Positions 46,163-54,811 of a DNA stretch of 64,000 nt are shown piece after piece. Where the stretch lies: positions 128,001-192,000 of the forward strand of contig CBFHTA010000002.1 of the NCBI GenBank assembly GCA_965658655.1, in the 5' to 3' direction. Origin of the DNA: Candidatus Babelota bacterium. Its GTDB lineage: Bacteria; Babelota; Babeliae; Babelales; CAIQNR01. Below the pieces are notes generated by a model. That model had not been told where the DNA came from and searched no databases. It saw only the letters and a program-made list of their open reading frames with translations. The position numbers and the translations under genes were made by a program. Numbering within the stretch: the first letter of the stretch is position 1; every line of letters starts with the position of its first letter.

Positions 46163-48133
46163 TTACTCGTCAAGGTCATCTGGGTCATACGGCTCATAAT
46201 TTAAATCATCTTGCATACCATGTTTTGGACCTTCAACCTCTGTCTGCTCGGGTGTAAAAATATTATTTCTAGCTTCATTTTCAGCTTCTAACTTCTTCTG
46301 CGCTGCCTCCATATCTTTTGCCCGGTTGCTTTTGATTCTTGCTTCATCAGGTCTCTTTAAAAATGATTGAAATTCTTTTTCTTCTTCCTCTTCATTCAGG
46401 ACTCTATCACCATCATCATCATCGCTTCTACCATTACCTTCCATCTCACTCAAAGCACGATCCATCTCGTTAGGATCGAAATCATTAGGATCGACATCAT
46501 TATCATCGGTACTACTTGAACCTTGTTCCCCTAAATCTAAAATATTACCATCGGTGCTACTTTCATTTCTATCGAAATTACCAAGATTTAAAGTTTGAGA
46601 ACCATCATCGTCATCGTCATCATCGTCGTCATCCCAGTCATCCTCTTCGCCATCATCGTCGTCATCCCAGTCATCCTCTTCGCCATCATCATCGTCATCA
46701 TTATTGCTGCTATTAGACACATTTTCAGGTGCCTGATTGCGATCACGAAGAGCATTTTTCAGGCCTTCAGCAAGAATATCACTATAGCTATCAACAGTTG
46801 CAGCGTCTGAATAAGGTGTTAACAACTCTTGTGCTTTTGTTTCAAGTTTATCCACTTTCTTACTTAACGACTTTCGAGAACGATTATCTTCAGGTAACTT
46901 TTGAATTTTTTCTTTAAGACCATCAACTCTTAATCGTAGCATTTCATCTTTTATGTCTCGTACCTTTATACGAAGTTGTGCATCATTCGGACGAGCCTTT
47001 TGTTTAGCCTCTACATCTGTAAGTTCTATTTGCTTTACACTAATAGATTCCGCTGTTTCTGGTGATATATTGTATATGGTGGCATTACGCTGAGCACCTT
47101 CAACCATCTCTTCTTGTTTTCTCAATGCACTATCAATATCTGAATTAAGATTCTCAACAGAAGTAAAAAGCTTTTCTCTTTTTTTATCAACCGCATCAGC
47201 GGCATCTCTACCAACTTTCCCTAATGTTTTGCCACTCTTTCTTTCTTCAATTTCACGATCAAGGCGAGCAATACCCCCTTTTTCAAGAGCACCTTGACTT
47301 ACCTTGCCATACTCTCTTAAACGACCTTCAATTGTATCCAAATCTGCATCTGTTCTTGCTCTGTCTATTTCCCTTGAAAAACTATCAACATTATTGGCAT
47401 CTCTCCCACTCCGGGTCCACGTACTTTCTGTTAATTTCTTACCATCTGTCTCTTCTCGAAGTACTTGGTTTGCACGATCTTCAAAATTTTGTAGTTGTTT
47501 CTCAACAAGAGCTTTTTGTTCTTCTGTAGGATTGTCTTCTTGTACCCATTGATCTATTCTCTTATTAATCTCATTAACTTTTTCTCTAATTACACCTAAT
47601 GATGACTCTGAAGTATCTCTCACTACACCAGTCCATGAAGAATCTATAAAATTAGACGATTGTTCTATTTCTTTAACAAAATCTTCAGCTTTTACAGAGT
47701 TATCCACATTTTTAGCTTCTTCAATTCTTCCCCTGTCACTTTCAAATTCTAGTCCACGCTCAGAACTTATAGCATCCGTAGCAACCTGTTCATTTGCACT
47801 TTCTTGCTCACTACCTTCCTCTAAACTCGAAGTTCCACCTTGCGCAACGTCCTGTAAACTTTCTAAAGATGTTGAACTTCCTGACGGGAAATCCACCATT
47901 CCTTCATCTGAAGATGTACGTGAAGGATTTTCATACAAACTTTCTGTATCATCATCATCATGATCAGGATCTACATTTTCGGGATCATCTTGCTCGCTAT
48001 CAGAATCACCAGTCTGTCTAGTTATATCAGTAGATACATCATGGTCTGGGGCAACGTCAATACCATCCATCGACCATAGAGCAATTGAAGTACTTAATAA
48101 TAAAAATAAAAGTAAACGAATATTTTTTTTCAC
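46163..48133 (-). CDS. secreted MD...RGL-family acidic protein with WASP-like central-acidic motif
   Basis: Signal ending LWS-MD; RGLEF at residue 126; ILAEGLKNALRDR followed by (DDDDGEEDDWD)x2. Confidence 0.8.
   Translation of the reverse strand: MKKNIRLLLFLLLSTSIALWSMDGIDVAPDHDVSTDITRQTGDSDSEQDDPENVDPDHDDDDTESLYENPSRTSSDEGMVDFPSGSSTSLESLQDVAQGGTSSLEEGSEQESANEQVATDAISSERGLEFESDRGRIEEAKNVDNSVKAEDFVKEIEQSSNFIDSSWTGVVRDTSESSLGVIREKVNEINKRIDQWVQEDNPTEEQKALVEKQLQNFEDRANQVLREETDGKKLTESTWTRSGRDANNVDSFSREIDRARTDADLDTIEGRLREYGKVSQGALEKGGIARLDREIEERKSGKTLGKVGRDAADAVDKKREKLFTSVENLNSDIDSALRKQEEMVEGAQRNATIYNISPETAESISVKQIELTDVEAKQKARPNDAQLRIKVRDIKDEMLRLRVDGLKEKIQKLPEDNRSRKSLSKKVDKLETKAQELLTPYSDAATVDSYSDILAEGLKNALRDRNQAPENVSNSSNNDDDDDGEEDDWDDDDDGEEDDWDDDDDDDDDDGSQTLNLGNFDRNESSTDGNILDLGEQGSSSTDDNDVDPNDFDPNEMDRALSEMEGNGRSDDDDGDRVLNEEEEEKEFQSFLKRPDEARIKSNRAKDMEAAQKKLEAENEARNNIFTPEQTEVEGPKHGMQDDLNYEPYDPDDLDE
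46621..46686. repeat. 33-bp perfect tandem repeat x2 inside an Asp-codon tract
   Basis: CATCGTCGTCATCCCAGTCATCCTCTTCGCCAT repeated twice. Confidence 0.9.
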
Positions 48134-48142
48134 AACAAATCC

Positions 48143-48994
48143 CTACTTGCGTAAAACATACCTCTTAAACCACTCCTGCGCTAATTCTTCTGCCTTCTTT
48201 TCATTCTTTTTATATAAAGCTTGACCAGTTTTTTTTGCATTCTTAATAAACTCATCTTTAAATCTTTCTTTAATTCTCTTAGCTTCGATACTATTTGCCC
48301 AACTTTCTTTACCAGCCTGATCTATAATACCTTCTTGAGCAGCTTCCCAATAAGGGGTATTTGCAGCGCCACTTACAATAGCACGTATACCAGATGCATC
48401 GCGTTTATCTTCAATATATTGCGACAGTGCTTTTACATCATCTGGATGAAATTGAGACAAAGGTAAAAGCGCCTCTACCATTGCTTTTGGATCTTTGTTA
48501 AATTCATCATCTATAAATCTTTGCCATTCTCCTCTATCTTTTGCACTTAATAATCCAACAGTGTCGTCTCCAACTTGCGTTGCATTATTTAACATTGCTT
48601 TATCTGCTTTTAGTTGTTCTTTTGCACTATCTTTACCGAGCGCACGGTTCACCATAGAAGAAGCTTTACTGGTATAACTTGTGACAAGATGATCTCCAAG
48701 CAGAACCGCCCCATCAACAACTGTATTTACGACTGGAACATCTAGGTCATTTTCATAGGGACTAGGTGAATCAACATTTAGTTTTTTTCTTGGAGGCGGA
48801 GGTGGACCATACATTTCTGGTTCACTATACTCCACTGGTCTTGGTTCTGGACCATATACAGGAAGAACCGGGCGAAACTCTTGACTACGTTCATTTGAAT
48901 TGTACACTTTATCGTATGAACCTGATTGTAGTAAAAGAGGAACCATACTCACAAAAGCAAACAGGATCAAACCTATACATACCTTTTTATTCAT
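48143..48994 (-). CDS. secreted Pro-rich hypothetical protein
   Basis: Signal peptide; YGPEPRP and YGPPPPPRKK. Confidence 0.75.
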   Translation of the reverse strand: MNKKVCIGLILFAFVSMVPLLLQSGSYDKVYNSNERSQEFRPVLPVYGPEPRPVEYSEPEMYGPPPPPRKKLNVDSPSPYENDLDVPVVNTVVDGAVLLGDHLVTSYTSKASSMVNRALGKDSAKEQLKADKAMLNNATQVGDDTVGLLSAKDRGEWQRFIDDEFNKDPKAMVEALLPLSQFHPDDVKALSQYIEDKRDASGIRAIVSGAANTPYWEAAQEGIIDQAGKESWANSIEAKRIKERFKDEFIKNAKKTGQALYKKNEKKAEELAQEWFKRYVLRK

Positions 48995-49047
48995 AATTCC
49001 TCTCCTCTTTTAATACTACTTAACCTTTTATGTATTCAATCTCACTT

Positions 49048-50550
49048 TTATTGATGTCTATTATAATACTCCATTAATGTTTGCTTGCTATAAACTCCAG
49101 TATCAGGAATGCCACTCCATCCTTGTCCATTTTTTGGATCTGAAGAAGGATCTCTTTTAAGTTTATTTGCTATAACAGCATAATGATTTAACCATTCCCT
49201 ATCCTTCAAAGACAATGCTCCAAATTCCTTTCCCACACGCGTAGGAAGAGGTAATCCTGGAAGCGATGAAGCTTTCCTTATTGGTACTAAGAGATCTGTA
49301 TCTGATTCAGAAGCAACTGGAGTTGTTTGGTATCCAGTAGTGGAAGTCGCTGACAATTGCATACCTGGTTGCAAAAAAGCTGGAGTTTTTTTAGAAGCCG
49401 GTGGTGGTGGTGCCATTCCAGTTCTACCAGTCGGAAGGTCATCAAATACTCCTAGCGCTGCTTGTCCTGATTGCGAACTATAACCTGTAGATATGCTCGG
49501 TTGATACAATGATCCAGGTCCTGGTTGTTCTGGTTGTGGACCATACTCTGCAGGTCTTCTTCTTAACGCTCCTGAATTTTGTCCTCCTGGAGCTGCTTGT
49601 CCTGATTGCGTTGACAATTGAGACTTTACACCAAACCATTTTAATGCTCTATTAATCCCTTCTCTAGCAGCCATATCTGCACCTGATTTAAGATCCCCTT
49701 TAATATCTTTATAAATCTCTCTACCTAAACCTCCAGTTTCTTTACCAATTTGAGTATTTGATGCCCATTGTGCACCTTGTTGAAAACGTTCTCTAGCAGC
49801 ACCCCAGTTACTTGATGTGTTTGAATTTTCAGTAACAGCATTCAGCACTTGCTTCTGCTCTTCCAGTGAGAAATCAAAGAAACCTTTAACCCGTGCTAAT
49901 TGTGCACCTGTATAACCTTTCTCTTTGACATAGTATTGTATCCATTGCTGCACAAGATTTTCTTCTTGTGGATCAACTGAAGTTGAGCTCGCAGTAGAAC
50001 TTACTGCAGAATTAGTAGCAGTTATTTGAGATGTATTTGCACCACTATTTCTCTGTTGTAACGATGCGTAAAAGGAAAGAGTTGTTTGATCTGATAAACT
50101 TAAACTTTGATAATTTGGTTCTGCTTTTAACTGGTCAACTGATATGTTATTTTGAGCAATAAACTGCTTCCATTGCTCCAATTCAGCTGGACTTAAATTT
50201 CCATCATCACTCTCATAACCAGAGCTCTGATCTAATAGATTTTGTTGATCAGCACTTGTTTGGAATCCAGATTGAGAAGCACTTTGATAATTAAGCAAAT
50301 CATTCTGTTGTTCAGGAGTAAAGCTATCAAAACCATCTTCTTGTGCTACGTCATAACCTTTATTATTATCTATCCAATCTTTCCAAGGCTGTGTTGCTGG
50401 ATCACTAGCAACCTGTGGCGCTTCTAGCGATGCTCCTTGATATGTACTAGCACCTTGTAAAAATTCGGGTCCAGAACCAGCTTGCCCATCGGTAACCCCA
50501 ACAAGGGTCAAGATTGCTAACACCAAACATGTCATATTTAACTTTTTCAT
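49048..50550 (-). CDS. secreted Gln/Ser/Pro-rich protein with W-containing helical repeats
   Basis: GGAGGA RBS before MKKLNM; three similar ~35-aa units; YGPQP and PPPP motifs. Confidence 0.75.
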   Translation of the reverse strand: MKKLNMTCLVLAILTLVGVTDGQAGSGPEFLQGASTYQGASLEAPQVASDPATQPWKDWIDNNKGYDVAQEDGFDSFTPEQQNDLLNYQSASQSGFQTSADQQNLLDQSSGYESDDGNLSPAELEQWKQFIAQNNISVDQLKAEPNYQSLSLSDQTTLSFYASLQQRNSGANTSQITATNSAVSSTASSTSVDPQEENLVQQWIQYYVKEKGYTGAQLARVKGFFDFSLEEQKQVLNAVTENSNTSSNWGAARERFQQGAQWASNTQIGKETGGLGREIYKDIKGDLKSGADMAAREGINRALKWFGVKSQLSTQSGQAAPGGQNSGALRRRPAEYGPQPEQPGPGSLYQPSISTGYSSQSGQAALGVFDDLPTGRTGMAPPPPASKKTPAFLQPGMQLSATSTTGYQTTPVASESDTDLLVPIRKASSLPGLPLPTRVGKEFGALSLKDREWLNHYAVIANKLKRDPSSDPKNGQGWSGIPDTGVYSKQTLMEYYNRHQ

Positions 50551-50653
50551 AGGTCTTCCTCCATTATTAGACCAAAACATTATTACTATCTGAAATATTA
50601 ACATGCCAGATAAGTAAAAAACAAGAAAAATATTAAAAAATCTTATTGTAAGC

Positions 50654-51397
50654 TTATTTAGAAGCTATTTTCCGAACAAAATAAGCTAGAAATTCTTTGT
50701 TTCCAGTAGTACCAACAATAGGAGAGTCAATGAGCCCTAAAAGATCGAAACCACGTTCAATAATGCCATTTGTTACTCTCTGAGTAACCTCTTTATGAAC
50801 ATCTTCTTCTTTAATAACACCTTTTTTGCCTACTTGATCTCTATGTGCTTCGAATTGTGGTTTAATCAAAACAATAAGCTTCCCGTCTGGTTTAAGGAGT
50901 GCAGTAACTGTATCCATTACTTTAAGTAATGAGATAAAAGAAAGGTCGAGAGTAATAAGATCAACAAGCTCCCCTACTTCTTTAAGATGCCTGAAGTTAG
51001 TTCGCTCCATTGTCTGAACGCGTGGATTTGTACGTACTTTCTCGTGAACCTGACCATAACCAACATCTACCCCATAAATACGCTTAACCCCACGTTGTAA
51101 TAAACAGTCCGAAAACCCTCCGGTAGAAAGACCAGCATCTACCACTACTAAGTCGGTAACATCAACGTTAAAATGATCAAGCGCACCTTCAAGTTTAAAA
51201 CCAGCGCGCCCCACATATTTAGGTTCTGTCTGATCAAGAATGATGATGTCGTCTGGCTTTACTAATGTACCAGACTTGCTCTCAACCCGATCGTTTACCT
51301 TAACTTTACCCTGCATAATAAAGCCCTGAACCTGATTACGTGTAAGATGTGGATACATTTCTTGTATCCGTTTATCTAAACGTTCCTTATGAATCAC
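50654..51397 (-). CDS. tlyA: TlyA-family rRNA 2'-O-methyltransferase (S4 + FtsJ domains)
   Basis: RLD, YVGRAGFKL, DAGLSTGGFSD, DVGYGQ, DLSFISL, LIKPQFE and GNKEF motifs. Confidence 0.93.
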   Translation of the reverse strand: MIHKERLDKRIQEMYPHLTRNQVQGFIMQGKVKVNDRVESKSGTLVKPDDIIILDQTEPKYVGRAGFKLEGALDHFNVDVTDLVVVDAGLSTGGFSDCLLQRGVKRIYGVDVGYGQVHEKVRTNPRVQTMERTNFRHLKEVGELVDLITLDLSFISLLKVMDTVTALLKPDGKLIVLIKPQFEAHRDQVGKKGVIKEEDVHKEVTQRVTNGIIERGFDLLGLIDSPIVGTTGNKEFLAYFVRKIASK

Positions 51398-51399
51398 GC

Positions 51400-53031
51400 T
51401 TACTCACCGCCTTTCTCTTTCAAGCTCTTTTGTAGATCCTGAATAAAAGGAGATAAAGGATAACGATAAGTACGTGACAATCGTTGCTCATCTGTTAATG
51501 CATCTTTAGCATTGACTACAAAAACAGCACCTTCTGAAGTTTTAAAGACTATTCTTTTCTTTCTTACTGCTTTTCTTAATTCAGTACGCAAGTCTTTCAT
51601 ATTAGATACTTTAGTACCATTAATCTCTTCTATAATAGCTCCCGGTTGAATAACCACTAACCGATCAACCAACGAACTTGGCATAACATGCGTTACAATA
51701 AGCGCTGGTTCCATTTGATGCTTAAACTCTGCGTATTTAATAAGAGCCGGTGCATGAGACAAAAGTGTTTGTACAAGATTTAAATTCAATGGTTGGAATA
51801 ACATACCACTAAAGATCTCGTAATCTAATGGATCTTCCCCCACAATCACTTTTTTAACTGGTGCATCATCTACATAATTAAATTTGAACGAAATATTTTT
51901 TTGCTTACCATTTCGATACAGAAGCAATGTAATATCTTGCCCTTCTTCCCAACGAGTAATAAAGTCCATAAAAGAAAGCTTTTCTTCATTCCAAGGCACC
52001 TTTAAATCACCATATTCATCAATTGGCAACCCATTCACTTCGTAAATCATATCGCCACTTTTTACCCCTGATTTGGCAAGGGGACCATTCGGATGAACCT
52101 CAATAACATAACAACCACTTGGTACCGGATTACCCAAATGCTTTGCTAAATCATAGCTTCCATTACCAACCAATACACCTAAGAAAGGACGACGTAATAC
52201 TTTTCTTGTACGTAAATCATTACATATCATTTTCAATTCATTAACCGGAATAATGTACCCAACATTTTGTGCGCTTACAATTCCTGCTACAGAAACACCA
52301 ATAACTTCTCCATTCAAGTTCAATGCAGGGCCACCAGAACTTCCGGGGTTAATAGGAGACGAAATTTGAATTAAATATTTACCACCCAAATGCTCTCTTC
52401 CACTTACTACACCAGAAGTACTCTTTAATGATGCTTGCCCTAAAGGATAACCTAATGCAAGTACTTCATCAGCACGATGAAGCAAATCTGAATCACCCAG
52501 TTTTAAGAACGGAAGTTGATCTGTTCCTAAAACACGTTTAATCATTTCTTTACCTTGTGGAGTAATACGGAGCAATGCCAAATCTCGCTCTGGAGCTTTA
52601 CCTAAAACTTCTACTGGAATAATCGCTTTCCCCATAGATGGAATTTTAATCCAAACAGATTGCGCTTGATTAACTACATGCATGTTAGTGACTATTTCAC
52701 CCTTATCACTAATAAAAAAACCGCTTCCAAAGCCACCACCTTGAGCAGGTGTTTCGTATGGTTTTAATATATTAATTTCAGCTGTTTGAGCAATAACCTG
52801 AACTACTGTATCTTTTGCCAATGACTGCACTTTTGCCCACGGTTGAGCCGACACCATTTTCTCTACAACTTTAACCTCTCCTTTGGGCCTATAGTCATAC
52901 CTCATTGTTCCACTAAGTGCCGCAAGAGAACGTGATAATTCTTTTTGGTTTTCGTAACCTACATACAAGAAACAACCAAAAACTAACACTACCGCAAGTA
53001 TCAAAATTCTTTTTAAGAAGCGCATATTCAT
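51400..53031 (-). CDS. HtrA/Deg-type trypsin-like serine protease with PDZ domains
   Basis: GSGF, TNMHVV, RDLALL and INPGSSGGP motifs; N-terminal anchor. Confidence 0.9.
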   Translation of the reverse strand: MNMRFLKRILILAVVLVFGCFLYVGYENQKELSRSLAALSGTMRYDYRPKGEVKVVEKMVSAQPWAKVQSLAKDTVVQVIAQTAEINILKPYETPAQGGGFGSGFFISDKGEIVTNMHVVNQAQSVWIKIPSMGKAIIPVEVLGKAPERDLALLRITPQGKEMIKRVLGTDQLPFLKLGDSDLLHRADEVLALGYPLGQASLKSTSGVVSGREHLGGKYLIQISSPINPGSSGGPALNLNGEVIGVSVAGIVSAQNVGYIIPVNELKMICNDLRTRKVLRRPFLGVLVGNGSYDLAKHLGNPVPSGCYVIEVHPNGPLAKSGVKSGDMIYEVNGLPIDEYGDLKVPWNEEKLSFMDFITRWEEGQDITLLLYRNGKQKNISFKFNYVDDAPVKKVIVGEDPLDYEIFSGMLFQPLNLNLVQTLLSHAPALIKYAEFKHQMEPALIVTHVMPSSLVDRLVVIQPGAIIEEINGTKVSNMKDLRTELRKAVRKKRIVFKTSEGAVFVVNAKDALTDEQRLSRTYRYPLSPFIQDLQKSLKEKGGE

Positions 53032-53115
53032 GGAGTATATCCCCGGTTAAAGATTCAAAAATCCTCTATCAGTTTACTCTTTTTACCAAGCTTGGGAAGG
53101 GCAGAAAAAAAATAA

Positions 53116-54711
53116 TTACGCCCCTAAAAGCTCTTGTACTAATGGTGTAATTTGATAATTAAACGACTGGGAAAGGCGTTTTTCATCTTGTAACATCTGT
53201 TGTGTATCTAAGATAATTAAATTATCATCTTTTGTTTTGAATGTAGTAAATTCACGATCCTTTGAAAGTGTCAATGCTTGGCGAGCATCTTTGAGACAAG
53301 ATACTTTATGATCATTAATCTTTACTACAATGTCTCCCACTCCAATAGCCCGTGTCTGCTGAGCGCATGAAGTTGCAAAAACTTGTGTAACAATAAGAGC
53401 AGGAACCTCTCTATGCGCTTCTTCAAAAGTATAAGAACCTAGTGAATCAGCAACAGCAGGTAACTGTTGCGCCACTTCTGGATCTCTGAAAAAACTCACC
53501 AAGTTCAACGAAAGATCTTGCAATAAAACACCACCAACAATTTCGTAATCTATAGCATCATAGGGAACATACTTCCAGTTAACTGGAGGCTCTTCTGGGC
53601 AATGAACCAATCCTTTAAATATTTTTTTCACCCCATTCCTATACACTTCTAATTCAATAGGACTATTAAGAGGAAGCGAAGACATATAGTCAGACACGCT
53701 CATTCGATCATTTTGTCCTGAAATCTTAACAGTTCCGTATACATCAGCAGCATACCCATTAACACGATATAACATGTCACCTGCTTGCAAACCCAAAATA
53801 TGTAACAAACCATGCTCATGTATTTGTGTTAAGTAACAACCACTCGGAGTCGGATTATTAAAAAAACGTGCAAGTTCATCACCTGAAGCATAACAATAAC
53901 GAGCGCCTAGGTAAGGCTTTCTAACAAGAGACGATTTTAGCATATCATTTTGAATTAATTTAAACTCTGCAATAGGAAGTGCATAACCAATATTCTGAGC
54001 ATTCACGTTTCCTGCAGTGTTAATACCAACAACTTCACCTTGCTTGTTGAGTGTGGGTCCACCAGAACTTCCTGGATTAATTGGTGTGCTCACTTGAATA
54101 CAACGCGATTCTACCAGTCTGCCCCTACCGGTTGTAATAGTTATATGCTCTCTTCCACTCACAACACCCGTACAACTTTTTAGAGCTTCTTGACCCAACG
54201 GAAACCCTAAAGCAAGTAACTCATCTGAACGTTCAATTTTATCTGAATCACCAAATACTAAATACGGTACGAATGTGTTTATATCTTTAATAAGAGCGCA
54301 ATCTTCGGGAGAAATTTGTAAAAGCGCAAGATCTCGTTCAGGACACACACTTTTAATTGTTACTTCAATCATTTTTTTACCGAATAAAAGAGGCATTTGA
54401 ATCCCCACATTCAATGCACCTGCTACCACATGGTAATTGGTAAGAAGCAAACCATCTTCACTAATCAAAAACCCCGAACCTCTACCTTCTTCACTTTCCA
54501 TTCGATACGGTTTCACAACATTAGGCTCTACACCATAAGAAAAAACTTGAACTACTGCATGCTCAGATTCTTTTTGAATCTCATACCAAGTTCTATCATT
54601 TTTAGTTGGCCCCCTTAAAATAGCGCTCAAAGAACCTAACGAATACACAAGTCCCGGGCAACCAATCAAAAAACCAAAAATAATCACTTTCTTAAGAGAA
54701 GAACTTTTCAT
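53116..54711 (-). CDS. HtrA/Deg-type serine protease with PDZ domains (tandem paralog)
   Basis: GSGF, TNYHVV, RDLALL and INPGSSGGP motifs. Confidence 0.9.
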   Translation of the reverse strand: MKSSSLKKVIIFGFLIGCPGLVYSLGSLSAILRGPTKNDRTWYEIQKESEHAVVQVFSYGVEPNVVKPYRMESEEGRGSGFLISEDGLLLTNYHVVAGALNVGIQMPLLFGKKMIEVTIKSVCPERDLALLQISPEDCALIKDINTFVPYLVFGDSDKIERSDELLALGFPLGQEALKSCTGVVSGREHITITTGRGRLVESRCIQVSTPINPGSSGGPTLNKQGEVVGINTAGNVNAQNIGYALPIAEFKLIQNDMLKSSLVRKPYLGARYCYASGDELARFFNNPTPSGCYLTQIHEHGLLHILGLQAGDMLYRVNGYAADVYGTVKISGQNDRMSVSDYMSSLPLNSPIELEVYRNGVKKIFKGLVHCPEEPPVNWKYVPYDAIDYEIVGGVLLQDLSLNLVSFFRDPEVAQQLPAVADSLGSYTFEEAHREVPALIVTQVFATSCAQQTRAIGVGDIVVKINDHKVSCLKDARQALTLSKDREFTTFKTKDDNLIILDTQQMLQDEKRLSQSFNYQITPLVQELLGA

Positions 54712-54811
54712 ACTGGCCCTTGTAACCCCGCATTTGGGAGTTTTTTAAAAACTGTGGTAGACTAGCTTTTTTAGAAATTTATGAGAACACAATTCAGTTA
54801 AGGATAGTAAC

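Noticed and set aside
46595..46810. Plus-strand ORFs with poly-Ile/Val or His/Arg repeats
   Set aside because: Shadow frames of the Asp-codon tract on the minus strand.
47700..47708. Perfect DnaA box TTATCCACA
   Set aside because: Single copy inside a CDS far from dnaA; expected by chance.
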